Positions 18,234 through 26,382 of a DNA stretch of 40,433 nucleotides are shown here, in pieces. Origin of the DNA: Deltaproteobacteria bacterium. Its GTDB lineage: Bacteria > Myxococcota_A > UBA9160 > SMWR01. Numbering within the stretch: position 1 is the stretch's first letter; every line of letters begins with the position of its first letter. A program made the position numbers and the translations under genes. Location: the NCBI GenBank assembly GCA_032128375.1, contig JAQBGU010000177.1, forward strand, positions 1 through 40,433. Direction: 5' to 3'. The notes beneath the pieces were generated by a model. That model worked only from the letters and a program-made list of their open reading frames with translations. It had not been told where the DNA came from and did no database searches.

Positions 18234-18321
18234 CAGCAAAGAACTCCCAGCAAAGAACTCTCAGCAGAGAGCCCCCAGCAGAGAGCCCTCAGCCAGCAGA
18301 GAGCCCTCAGCGAAGAGTTCT
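18234..18321. repeat. 14-bp degenerate tandem repeat, 6 copies plus a 4-bp partial
   Basis: CAGCAAAGAACTCC, CAGCAAAGAACTCT, CAGCAGAGAGCCCC, CAGCAGAGAGCCCT, CAGC, CAGCAGAGAGCCCT, CAGCGAAGAGTTCT. Confidence 0.92.
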
Positions 18322-18331
18322 CAAAGTGTAC

Positions 18332-18727
18332 TCACGAAGCGTCCGACGATCGCTGTGAAAAAAGCCACCGGTGCCCTTCACAATCCATCGCGCGATAGCC
18401 GATCGAGCCGTGATCCTGCGAGGGGGTGCCGACTACGACCGCGCCAGACGCCTTGGCTCGCTCGTAGTGAGCAAAGACATCGGAAACCATCAGTAGCAGT
18501 TGGGAATGGTACGAGGACGCTTCGCGGGGGCTGCTGATTCCAAACTCGGGATAGTCGTCGGCAAGCATGACTACACTCCCCTCGCATTCGAGCTCCGCGT
18601 GCCCGATCCGCCCATCGTCCGCCACGTATCGCAGCTTCTCTTCGAATCCGAAAGCCGCGCATAGAAAATCGATTGCAGCGGCAGCATCTGAATAGGCGAG
18701 CATCGGAAACAGGGATTGCTCGCTCAT
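18332..18727 (-). CDS. VOC/glyoxalase family protein
   Basis: PMLAYSDAAAAIDFLCAAFGFEE, GRIGHAEL, AHYERAKASGA and DCEGHRWLF. ATG at 18727 overlaps the cupin stop. Confidence 0.9.
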   Translation of the reverse strand: MSEQSLFPMLAYSDAAAAIDFLCAAFGFEEKLRYVADDGRIGHAELECEGSVVMLADDYPEFGISSPREASSYHSQLLLMVSDVFAHYERAKASGAVVVGTPSQDHGSIGYRAMDCEGHRWLFSQRSSDAS

Positions 18728-19077
18728 GGGTCGATTCTCGGATCTTCCGCGTTGGAATGTTCCGAAGCGCCGGGAGTGACATAGAGCTCCTTGGCCCGCT
18801 CCGGTATGTGTTGGCGATGCCACAGGCCCTTCGGGACCACGAACGCGGATCCAGCAGCTACCGCGGTGTCAACCGAATCTGTATCGGTCAACACGGTGAT
18901 CACGACCTCACCCTCGATCACCTGCAGAAATTCGTCGTCGTCGGGATGACGCTCCCACGGCGAGGTCCCGGCACCGCACCAGAAGACACCGACGGCTCCG
19001 TCGTTGAAGGCCGCCAGGTTGTGGAACTCCATCTCTTCGAGTCCTTCGAAGGTTGCGAGCAGAGAGTGCGACTTCAC
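18724..19077 (-). CDS. Cupin domain protein
   Basis: WERHPDDDEFLQVIEG and FVVPKGLWHRQ cupin motifs. Confidence 0.87.
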   Translation of the reverse strand: MKSHSLLATFEGLEEMEFHNLAAFNDGAVGVFWCGAGTSPWERHPDDDEFLQVIEGEVVITVLTDTDSVDTAVAAGSAFVVPKGLWHRQHIPERAKELYVTPGASEHSNAEDPRIDP

Positions 19078-19544
19078 GATTTCTTCACCGAAAAGTCTTT
19101 GATCGAATCATCCCATGCCTGCTGGTCAACGCGCCGTGAAAAGAACCAGGGATGCCCCTCGAAATCGAGACAGCCATAGATTCGATCACCGTAGTCTCGT
19201 GTTTCTGGAGGCGCGATGATCGTTGCTCCTGCGGCCCTGGCGCGGTCGTGGTGGGCATCGACATCGTCGACGAACACCAGCAGGCTTTGCGTATTGCGGC
19301 CGGACTGACTTTTCGGGCTGCAGCTGTTGGCTGTTGGCTGTCCTGCTTTAGCGATCATGATGACCCCACCGCCGAACTCCATCTCCGTATGTTGGATATT
19401 TCCGTCCCCATCCTGGACCAGCACGCGCAGTTCGAAGCCGAAGGCTTTTGCGAGCCAATCGAGCGCTCCACTGAGATCCTCGTAGACGATCGCGGACGAA
19501 ATCCGCGGCCAATCGGCAGGGGGATTGGATTTGGCGAGGTTCAT
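19074..19544 (-). CDS. VOC/glyoxalase family protein
   Basis: YEDLSGALDWLAKAFGF, VFVDDVDAHHDRARAAGA and DYGDRIYGCLDFEGHPWFF. AAGGAG RBS. Confidence 0.92.
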   Translation of the reverse strand: MNLAKSNPPADWPRISSAIVYEDLSGALDWLAKAFGFELRVLVQDGDGNIQHTEMEFGGGVIMIAKAGQPTANSCSPKSQSGRNTQSLLVFVDDVDAHHDRARAAGATIIAPPETRDYGDRIYGCLDFEGHPWFFSRRVDQQAWDDSIKDFSVKKS

Positions 19545-19559
19545 TGGGTTCTCCTTTCT

Positions 19560-19619
19560 TTGGATTTCCTTGGCTTTCTTTGGCTTTCGCTAGCTTGCTT
19601 TGGCTTGCCTTGGTTGACT
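19560..19619. repeat. 10-bp degenerate tandem repeat x6 in the leader of the VOC operon
   Basis: TTGGATTTCC TTGGCTTTCT TTGGCTTTCG CTAGCTTGCT TTGGCTTGCC TTGGTTGACT, followed by further GTTGG/TTCG-rich decayed sequence to ~19678. Confidence 0.82.
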
Positions 19620-19697
19620 TTCGCTGGCTCGTTGGTCTTCGTTCGATTCGGTTGGCTTCGAGTTCGTGGGGCTTTCGGGAAAGCCAGGGTTCCGATC

Positions 19698-19726
19698 TAA
19701 TTAACCCAGTCGTTAATGAAATGCAA
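19698..19726 (-). promoter_or_regulatory. Candidate sigma70-type promoter with a palindromic operator for the ArsR operon
   Basis: Minus strand reads TTGCAT-N17-TAATTA. A perfect inverted repeat ATTAAC-CCAGTC-GTTAAT at 19700-19717 covers the spacer and the -10 element. Confidence 0.62.
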
Positions 19727-19763
19727 GAGTCGGTGTCGAATGTGTGGCTGTTAGACTGTCTGA

Positions 19764-20231
19764 ATGAATCTGAGCATCGAACAAGCCGACCTCTCAGACC
19801 CCGACCACTCCACCGCAGTCGTCGAAATCATCGACTCGTATGCGCGAGGACCCGGTGGTCAGAATGCGCCGCTGACAGACTTCGCGCGGGAAAAACTCGT
19901 TCCCGGGTTGATCGATCATCCCTCCGCGATGGTGCTACTGGCGATGGCGGACGGGAGCGCAGTCGGAACGGCTGTGTGTGTGTTCAGCTTCTCAACATTT
20001 GTCGGCAGGCCGACCATGAACATCCACGATTTCGCGGTACTCCCAGACTACCAGGGCCGCGGGATCGGACACGCGATGCTCGCCGAGGTCGAGCGCCTCG
20101 CCCGCGAGCGCGGATGTTGCCGGGTCACTCTAGAAGTGCACGACACCAACAAGGGTGCCAAGCGACTCTATTTCCAAACCGGTTTCGGGCCGTGGGATCC
20201 CCCGACGTTGTTTGTCACGAAGCCTTTGTGA
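19764..20231 (+). CDS. GNAT family N-acetyltransferase
   Basis: NIHDFAVLPDYQGRGIG acetyl-CoA motif and TLEVHDTNKGAKRLY. Confidence 0.92.
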   Translation: MNLSIEQADLSDPDHSTAVVEIIDSYARGPGGQNAPLTDFAREKLVPGLIDHPSAMVLLAMADGSAVGTAVCVFSFSTFVGRPTMNIHDFAVLPDYQGRGIGHAMLAEVERLARERGCCRVTLEVHDTNKGAKRLYFQTGFGPWDPPTLFVTKPL

Positions 20232-21592
20232 TCGACGGTTGGGTAGGCTTGCTTGGGATTTCCGCGAGCATCGGCATGCTCTGCTGCCCGATTTCCCTCG
20301 CTTCATCTGCCGATGCGTCGGAACGCTCACTGCCCGGTGTCGATAGCGTCGTACTCATCACGATCGATACGTTGCGTGCGGACCACATCGGAGCGTATGG
20401 TGGGCAAGCCGTCACGCCGATGCTCGATCGACTCGCGGAACAGGGGGTCCTACTCGAGCAAGCGTCGACGCCCGTTCCGTCGACTGGACCCGCGCACGTG
20501 TCGCTCATGAGCGGACTTCACCCCTGGCGTCATGGTGCAATGGCAAACGCAGTACCACTCGATCCAGAGCTGGTCACGCTGGCCCAGCTGTTGTCCGAGC
20601 GGGGCCTCGCGACCGGGGCTTTCGTGTCGAGTTACATTGTCGACCGCCGCTTCGGTCTCGATCGTGGGTTCGACACGTATTTCTTCGAGCCGACAGAGGG
20701 TTACGATTGGCGAGGCAGTCGCCGAGACAAGTTTTGGAGCCGTGGTGGAGCGACCGTCGGCGCCGCCACGGATTGGATTGCTTCTCACGCTGGTGAGCCG
20801 TTCTTCGTTTGGGTGCACCTGTTCGATCCGCACAGGCCCTATCTACCGCCACGAGAATTCGCGCTGTCGGAAACGGAACCTGTCGACATCAGTGGAAAGC
20901 AGCTACCGCCGGGGGTGCGGGACATGCATGAACTCGCACAGTTGAACCGGCAATACCGCGGCGAAGTCAGTTATGCCGACGCGCAGGTGGGCCGGCTCGT
21001 CGCAAAGCTATCGAGTCTGAAGCTGGCAGATCGAACTGCGGTAATCGTCACATCTGATCACGGCGAGGGACTCGGAGACCACGGTCTGCTCGAGCACGGC
21101 CAGAATGTCTTCGACGAGCTGGTGCGGGTGCCGGTGATCTTTCGCGCAACCGGTCTGCCGGTTGGGCGGCGTCTGGTCGGCCCCGCCCAATTGGAAGATC
21201 TGATGCCGACGATCCTGGCGATGGTCGGTGTCGATTGCGATGCTGGCCCTGATGGGGTTGACGGAATCAACCTCCTCCCGTGGTTGCGCGCCGAGACCGA
21301 AATTCCCCCGCGGAGCTGGGCGGTAGGACGCAGGCGCCCGTATCGCGGGCAGCTGGATCTGTTCTTCGCGCGACGCTGGCCCCAGAAGTGGATGGGCGCG
21401 GCAGACGGCACCGGGGAAATGTATGCACTCGATTCGGATCCCGGCGAACGGGCCGGTCGCTCCGGCGAGCTGGCTCCGAAAGAGCTGGGCGCCGCGCTCA
21501 CGCGCATGGGCTCGAGGGCGACGAGAACCATCCCGGATCCCGATCCGAAGGTGCGTCGCGCGCTGGAAGCGCTGGGCTACATCGAAGAGTGA
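20228..21592 (+). CDS. Sulfatase-fold (alkaline phosphatase superfamily) exported enzyme with Thr at the nucleophile position
   Basis: VLITIDTLRADH, TGPAHVSLMSG in place of CxPxR, WVHLFDPH, TSDHGE and terminal LEALGY. The GTG start at 20228 overlaps the GNAT stop and is followed by a hydrophobic leader. Confidence 0.87.
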   Translation: MIDGWVGLLGISASIGMLCCPISLASSADASERSLPGVDSVVLITIDTLRADHIGAYGGQAVTPMLDRLAEQGVLLEQASTPVPSTGPAHVSLMSGLHPWRHGAMANAVPLDPELVTLAQLLSERGLATGAFVSSYIVDRRFGLDRGFDTYFFEPTEGYDWRGSRRDKFWSRGGATVGAATDWIASHAGEPFFVWVHLFDPHRPYLPPREFALSETEPVDISGKQLPPGVRDMHELAQLNRQYRGEVSYADAQVGRLVAKLSSLKLADRTAVIVTSDHGEGLGDHGLLEHGQNVFDELVRVPVIFRATGLPVGRRLVGPAQLEDLMPTILAMVGVDCDAGPDGVDGINLLPWLRAETEIPPRSWAVGRRRPYRGQLDLFFARRWPQKWMGAADGTGEMYALDSDPGERAGRSGELAPKELGAALTRMGSRATRTIPDPDPKVRRALEALGYIEE

Positions 21593-23421
21593 TGAAGAGT
21601 TCGCGATCGCGACATTCAGATCTGTTCGCGCTCCCGACACTGTTCGCATTCGCGCTCGTCGTACGGGCCGTCCATGTAATTCAGATGAGTGAGTCGCCAT
21701 TTTCTGCCCACCGGATCGGCGACGCGCTCGTATATCACCAATGGGCGACCCAAATCGCAGCCGGCGAATGGATCGGTACTGAAGTCTTCTACCAGGCGCC
21801 TCTTTACCCATATCTGCTCGCACTGATCTACACGCTGGGATTCGATGAAATCGTTGCCGTGAGATCCGTCCAGATCGTGTTGGGCGCGAGTTCATGCGTG
21901 CTGCTGGCGCTGGCCGGTCGCGGTTGGTTCTCGGACCGGGTAGGGCTGGTGGCGGGAGCCTTGCTCGCAGTCTACGCACCCGCCGTCTTTTTCGATGCGT
22001 TGCTGCAGAAATCAGTGCTCGATCTCTTCCTGATTTGCCTGCTGATGTGGCTGCTCGCGCGAGCGGTGCGTGAGCCCACACCCGCTCAGCTCGCACTGGT
22101 AGGCGTGACCTGCGGTCTGCTGACCCTGACCCGTGAGAACGCGCTGGTACTCGCCGTGCCGATCGCAGTGTGGGTTGTGCTGCCGAGCCGCGGTTCCGTG
22201 CGACATCGCGCAGCGTTGTTCGCTGCCTACGGGCTAGGCGCCGCAGCGTTGTTGGCTCCGGTGGCCGCACGCAACGCGTGGGTGGGTGGAGAGTTTGTTC
22301 TCACGACCAGCCAGCTGGGGCCCAACCTGTATATCGGCAACCACGCGGGAGCACCTGGTGTGTATCGCCCACTCTTGCCGGGCCGTGGCAGTGCGCGTTT
22401 CGAGCGGAAGGATGCCAGGCGCCTGGCCGAGCAAGACTCCGGACGGCGACTCACACCCTCTGAAGTGTCGCGTTACTGGCTGGACCGGGCCGTCAGCTTC
22501 GCGCAAACCCAGCCGGTCGACTGGGTCACCCTGATGGTGCATAAGCTCGCGCTGCTGGTGAACGCGACGGAAATTCCCGACACGGAAGACCAGTACGTAT
22601 TCGAACAGTGGTCCACTCCGCTACGCTGGGCCGGACCGCTGAGTCACTTTGGTGTGTTGATCCCGTTGGCACTGTTCGGAGTGTGGGCGTCCTCGAGTCG
22701 CTGGAGGGAACTCGCGCTCCTCTACGCGCTGCCGACGGCTTACGCCGCCAGCGTGGTCGCATTCTACGTGATGGCGCGCTATCGGCTGCCGCTGGTCCCG
22801 TTCTTGTTGCTATTCGGGGCCGCAGGGTTGTGCGAGGCGCCGCACATCTGGCGCTCCACCCCACGCACGAAACTGGCCATGGCGGTGGTTGTACTCGCAG
22901 TGGTCTCGATCGCGTGTAATCAGAGAATCCTGAACAACGTTCCGCGGCTTGCGCTGGCGCACTACAACCTCGGTTCCCGGCTCCAGGCGCTGGGTCGACT
23001 CGACGAGGCGGCGACGCATCTGCGAGTCGCGCTTCAGCATGCGCGACTGTCCCAGGCCCACGAAAACCTGGCTGCCGTCCTGCAAGCCCAGGGGCGATCC
23101 GAGGACGCAATCGCGCAATATCTGCTGGCGCTCGAGCTCCACGATAGTGCCCCGACGCATGCTCTGCTCGCCACACTACTGGCGGACACGGGCCAGGGAT
23201 TGCGTGCGATCAACCACTACCGGCGCTCGCTCGCTCTCGACCCCTCTCGCGAGGATGTCCACTACGCATTCGCTGTGCTACTTCGCGATGCCGGGGATCT
23301 CGAAGCTGCCGGACGAGAGTTCGCTGAAGGGCTGAAGGTGAGGCGCGCACGCACGCGAGTGTTTTCGAACAAAGCCCCTAGCAAAGCTCGCAACGAAGCT
23401 CTCAAAAAAGCCCCGGACTGA
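21592..23421 (+). CDS. GT-C (PMT/ArnT-like) membrane glycosyltransferase with C-terminal TPR repeats
   Basis: Multi-TM N-terminal region with GDALVYHQWA, FYQAPLYPY, TRENAL, NLYIGN and RYRLP. C-terminal TPR helices (AHYNLG...GRLDEA, AHENLA, YRRSLALDP). The start overlaps the upstream stop. Confidence 0.85.
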   Translation: MKSSRSRHSDLFALPTLFAFALVVRAVHVIQMSESPFSAHRIGDALVYHQWATQIAAGEWIGTEVFYQAPLYPYLLALIYTLGFDEIVAVRSVQIVLGASSCVLLALAGRGWFSDRVGLVAGALLAVYAPAVFFDALLQKSVLDLFLICLLMWLLARAVREPTPAQLALVGVTCGLLTLTRENALVLAVPIAVWVVLPSRGSVRHRAALFAAYGLGAAALLAPVAARNAWVGGEFVLTTSQLGPNLYIGNHAGAPGVYRPLLPGRGSARFERKDARRLAEQDSGRRLTPSEVSRYWLDRAVSFAQTQPVDWVTLMVHKLALLVNATEIPDTEDQYVFEQWSTPLRWAGPLSHFGVLIPLALFGVWASSSRWRELALLYALPTAYAASVVAFYVMARYRLPLVPFLLLFGAAGLCEAPHIWRSTPRTKLAMAVVVLAVVSIACNQRILNNVPRLALAHYNLGSRLQALGRLDEAATHLRVALQHARLSQAHENLAAVLQAQGRSEDAIAQYLLALELHDSAPTHALLATLLADTGQGLRAINHYRRSLALDPSREDVHYAFAVLLRDAGDLEAAGREFAEGLKVRRARTRVFSNKAPSKARNEALKKAPD

Positions 23422-23488
23422 ACGCGCGGACATGCGCGCATCAGCTGCAGGTGGCAGCGTTCGAGTGGTTGCTCTCGGGTGCACACGG

Positions 23489-25219
23489 TTACCGGGTGTC
23501 GAACAACCAGATCGTTCCGAGGCGCGCAACTGGGGTTCGCTCATGGAGCCAACCAAGCCTTGCCCAGCCGAGCGCAACGCGTTCACCCGTCGGAGCCGTC
23601 ACCGGGTAGGACTGCTCGGCCAGGAAGCTCACGCTCACTGCCACCAGGCCGCGCACCGGATGATCGGGCAACAATCGGTACTCGATGCCGTACAGCTTGG
23701 GATCGACGTGACCGAAATAGTGCAGCCAGATCGGCCCGGTGTGGCCGCGCGCTGCGAGTGCCGCCGGTAAGCGATACAGGTCCTGGCCCCAATCGAGGTC
23801 GGAACCGACCAGGAAGCGCTGGCCATTTGCTGCGCCGCCGGCCGCGAGATTGAAAAAACTCAGGTAGTTGGGATGCACGCTCCACACGCATGCCGCGTAC
23901 CATGCGAGTACGGCGGCCGCGGCGGAGCGAGTCGCGCGAGCGCTGCCCAAGCTCCACAGAGACGCCGTCAACAACCAGAGCAGCGGCTCGAGCGGAAGCA
24001 TGTAGCGCACGCCGATCTTCACCTGATTGAAGACGATCAAGCCCAGGCCGAGCGCTGCGAGTGGGGCGAGCAGCCATGGAAGCTCTCCGCGAGTCAGCCG
24101 ACCCGCGCGCAGGGCCCGCAGCAACGCGAACGGGCACACGACCAGCATGGCGAGCAGTGGCAGCGGTGTCTTGACCGCAAACGCGACGAGGTCGTGGTAC
24201 CAGACACCCCGCTGTGTCCAGCGGCCCAGCAGGTAGCTTCCCAATTCGCCCTGTTCGCTATCGCGTTTGACGGCATCGAAGCCCAACACGTAATCACGCG
24301 GCAGCGGAATGGGCGTCCAATCCGGAAGCAGCGACTGGACCTGACGTGCAAAATCGGAACGGAACGACGGGTCACCCAGCGGTGCAAAACTGCCGCGTCC
24401 CCCCATCCCGAGGTTCACGACTCCAACCGCCGCACCGAATAGCAACGCGACTTCGGCGGCGGCTCGCTTGGGCGATCTGCGGCGCTTCCACAGCAGCAGG
24501 CCGAAAAGTGCTGGTGCCAACAGCAGCGCGCTGAATTTCACCAGCAGTGCGACACCGAAGACAGCGCCCGCGATCGCGATGCGCCACGCGGGTAGGACCG
24601 ATATGACCGGCGAGCTCGACTCGCTGGCCGACGCCCCCCGCATCGCCCAACGCAATGCGTAAACGGATGCCAATACACTCGCCGCGCAGGCTACATCGAG
24701 CGTGGCCAGGTGGCCGTGAGCGAGCAGCGACGGCGAAAGCAAGACCAGTGCCGTAGTGACGCCAGCCGCGCGCTCGCCGAAGAGCTCCCTCGTCCAAAAG
24801 AAGATCAGCGCCGCCATCGCGAGAGCGGTCGCGATCACTACGAGCCGGGCGCGGTAGAAGATCGCAAAATAGTGTTCGCGATTCGCCTCCATGAAGTCGG
24901 CAGCGTAGTTCCACGGCCCCCAGCCCTGTGCGAAATGAGCGATGCCGACGGGCGGCGGGACCGCGAGATCCGTCGCGCCGGAGGCGGCCAGCGCCATCGC
25001 CGTCTTGAAGAGCGGCGGATTTTTCGCGTACAGACCAAACGCCCCGTGTTCGAGGTAGGCGAGGCCTGCGGGCAGGTGCGCGAACTCGTCGATGGTCGGA
25101 GTCTCGAGCCACGCTGCGTGGCCGGCGAGCAGCACGAATGCCATCGCGGCGGCAGCGGGAAGTAGCCTCCAGCGAGGTCGACCGCGCTGGGTAGTCGACT
25201 CGGTCCCCGATTCAGTCAC
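23489..25219 (-). CDS. GT-C (ArnT/PMT-like) membrane glycosyltransferase
   Basis: TPTIDEFAHLPAG, NPPLFK, LLAHGHLATLD, ALLVKFSAL, KTPLP, IGVRY and SDLDWGQDL. Start set at GTG 25219. Confidence 0.85.
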   Translation of the reverse strand: MTESGTESTTQRGRPRWRLLPAAAAMAFVLLAGHAAWLETPTIDEFAHLPAGLAYLEHGAFGLYAKNPPLFKTAMALAASGATDLAVPPPVGIAHFAQGWGPWNYAADFMEANREHYFAIFYRARLVVIATALAMAALIFFWTRELFGERAAGVTTALVLLSPSLLAHGHLATLDVACAASVLASVYALRWAMRGASASESSSPVISVLPAWRIAIAGAVFGVALLVKFSALLLAPALFGLLLWKRRRSPKRAAAEVALLFGAAVGVVNLGMGGRGSFAPLGDPSFRSDFARQVQSLLPDWTPIPLPRDYVLGFDAVKRDSEQGELGSYLLGRWTQRGVWYHDLVAFAVKTPLPLLAMLVVCPFALLRALRAGRLTRGELPWLLAPLAALGLGLIVFNQVKIGVRYMLPLEPLLWLLTASLWSLGSARATRSAAAAVLAWYAACVWSVHPNYLSFFNLAAGGAANGQRFLVGSDLDWGQDLYRLPAALAARGHTGPIWLHYFGHVDPKLYGIEYRLLPDHPVRGLVAVSVSFLAEQSYPVTAPTGERVALGWARLGWLHERTPVARLGTIWLFDTR

Positions 25220-25221
25220 GC

Positions 25222-26382
25222 CTAGCGCCGGCCCATGATTTCGTCGCGGAGTAGCCTGGCGATGAATACGTTGCCGAGTTCGTTGAGGTGTTCTGGGAGG
25301 AACTCGGCGTAGTACCAGAGATAGGCTCGGCGCTGTAGCTTGTCTGCGCCCCAGCGGCGCCTGACGCGCGCTACGAGCTCCGGGTCGCGCGCCTTTGCAT
25401 CTGGAAGCGAAAAGCCAGCGCGCAGTGTATGTCGCACCGGCAGCCACGATACGCCCCGCTCGGCGGCGAGCCGTCGTAGCACCTGCGTGTAGGGCGCATA
25501 TTCCGCGTAGGCGTTGTGATCGATCAGCATCACCCGGGCGCCACGGGCGCGCGCGGCCGCAATGAAGCGGCGGTAACGCTCTTCGAAGGTCTCGAGGTCG
25601 ACGCGTGCTACGAGCGCATCTTCCGCCGCGCTGGCGCGACGCGCACGCAGCCAGCGGACGGTCCAGAGTCGCTCGGCGAGCATGGCAGCGGGTCGCCAAG
25701 GCGCGGAAAAGGCCGTGAGAGTATCAATATCGGCGCGTTGCTGCGGCCAAGCGTCATTGTTCAGATAGGAGAGCATGAGTAGGTCGTAGGGATAATCGCG
25801 AAACTGCGCGTCGTACCAGCGCCAACCCTGTACGACCGTGTAGCCGGGCGTGGCAGCGTTGATGACTTCGACCGTGTCTGCGCCATCTGCCTCGAGCTCT
25901 CGTTCGAGCACGCGGGGAAACGCGTAATCGTCGCTCAATGGGTAGCCGAAGAAATTCGAGTCCCCCATGCACAAGATCCGCAACACGTCGGGCGCACCGG
26001 ACTGGGATATCGGCGGGCCGCGATGGCCATCGTTATTGATCGTAATCGCGATGGCTTGGCGTTCGCCAACACTGCGGTCGTAGTGCTGGCTCTTGGTGAT
26101 GAGCTGGGCACCCGGTACCAGGCTCCAGATCAAATGCTGATCAGAGCGGTAAAGAGAACCGGTATCCTCGCCCGGGACGGATTGCTCGGTCAGCCACTCG
26201 GTGAAGCGACGATTGCCCACAGTCGGCCCGGGCGCGGAAGGCGGATCGGAAAAGCTGCGCAATAACAGCTCGGGTACGCCGACGAGTGCGAGCCCCCAAA
26301 CGAGCGAAATGACGATGCTCTGCGCGAGCATGCGCGACACGGACCGGTGATTCGGATTGCCCTGTGTGTCGGGCTGCGTCAT
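25222..26382 (-). CDS. Membrane-anchored SGNH/GDSL hydrolase family protein
   Basis: N-terminal TM ending in PELLLR. Block I ILCMGDSN, block II INAATPGY, block III YLNND and block V PEHLNELG. Confidence 0.85.
   Translation of the reverse strand: MTQPDTQGNPNHRSVSRMLAQSIVISLVWGLALVGVPELLLRSFSDPPSAPGPTVGNRRFTEWLTEQSVPGEDTGSLYRSDQHLIWSLVPGAQLITKSQHYDRSVGERQAIAITINNDGHRGPPISQSGAPDVLRILCMGDSNFFGYPLSDDYAFPRVLERELEADGADTVEVINAATPGYTVVQGWRWYDAQFRDYPYDLLMLSYLNNDAWPQQRADIDTLTAFSAPWRPAAMLAERLWTVRWLRARRASAAEDALVARVDLETFEERYRRFIAAARARGARVMLIDHNAYAEYAPYTQVLRRLAAERGVSWLPVRHTLRAGFSLPDAKARDPELVARVRRRWGADKLQRRAYLWYYAEFLPEHLNELGNVFIARLLRDEIMGRR

Noticed and set aside
18234..18321. Repeat arrays as a possible CRISPR (also 11703-11762 and 19560-19619)
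   Set aside because: Units are 10-15 bp, directly adjacent with no unique spacers, and there are no cas genes.
19544..21592. 682-aa ORF suggesting a large fusion protein
   Set aside because: The N-terminal part runs through the repeat/promoter region and overlaps the GNAT gene in another frame. The real sulfatase-fold gene starts near 20228.
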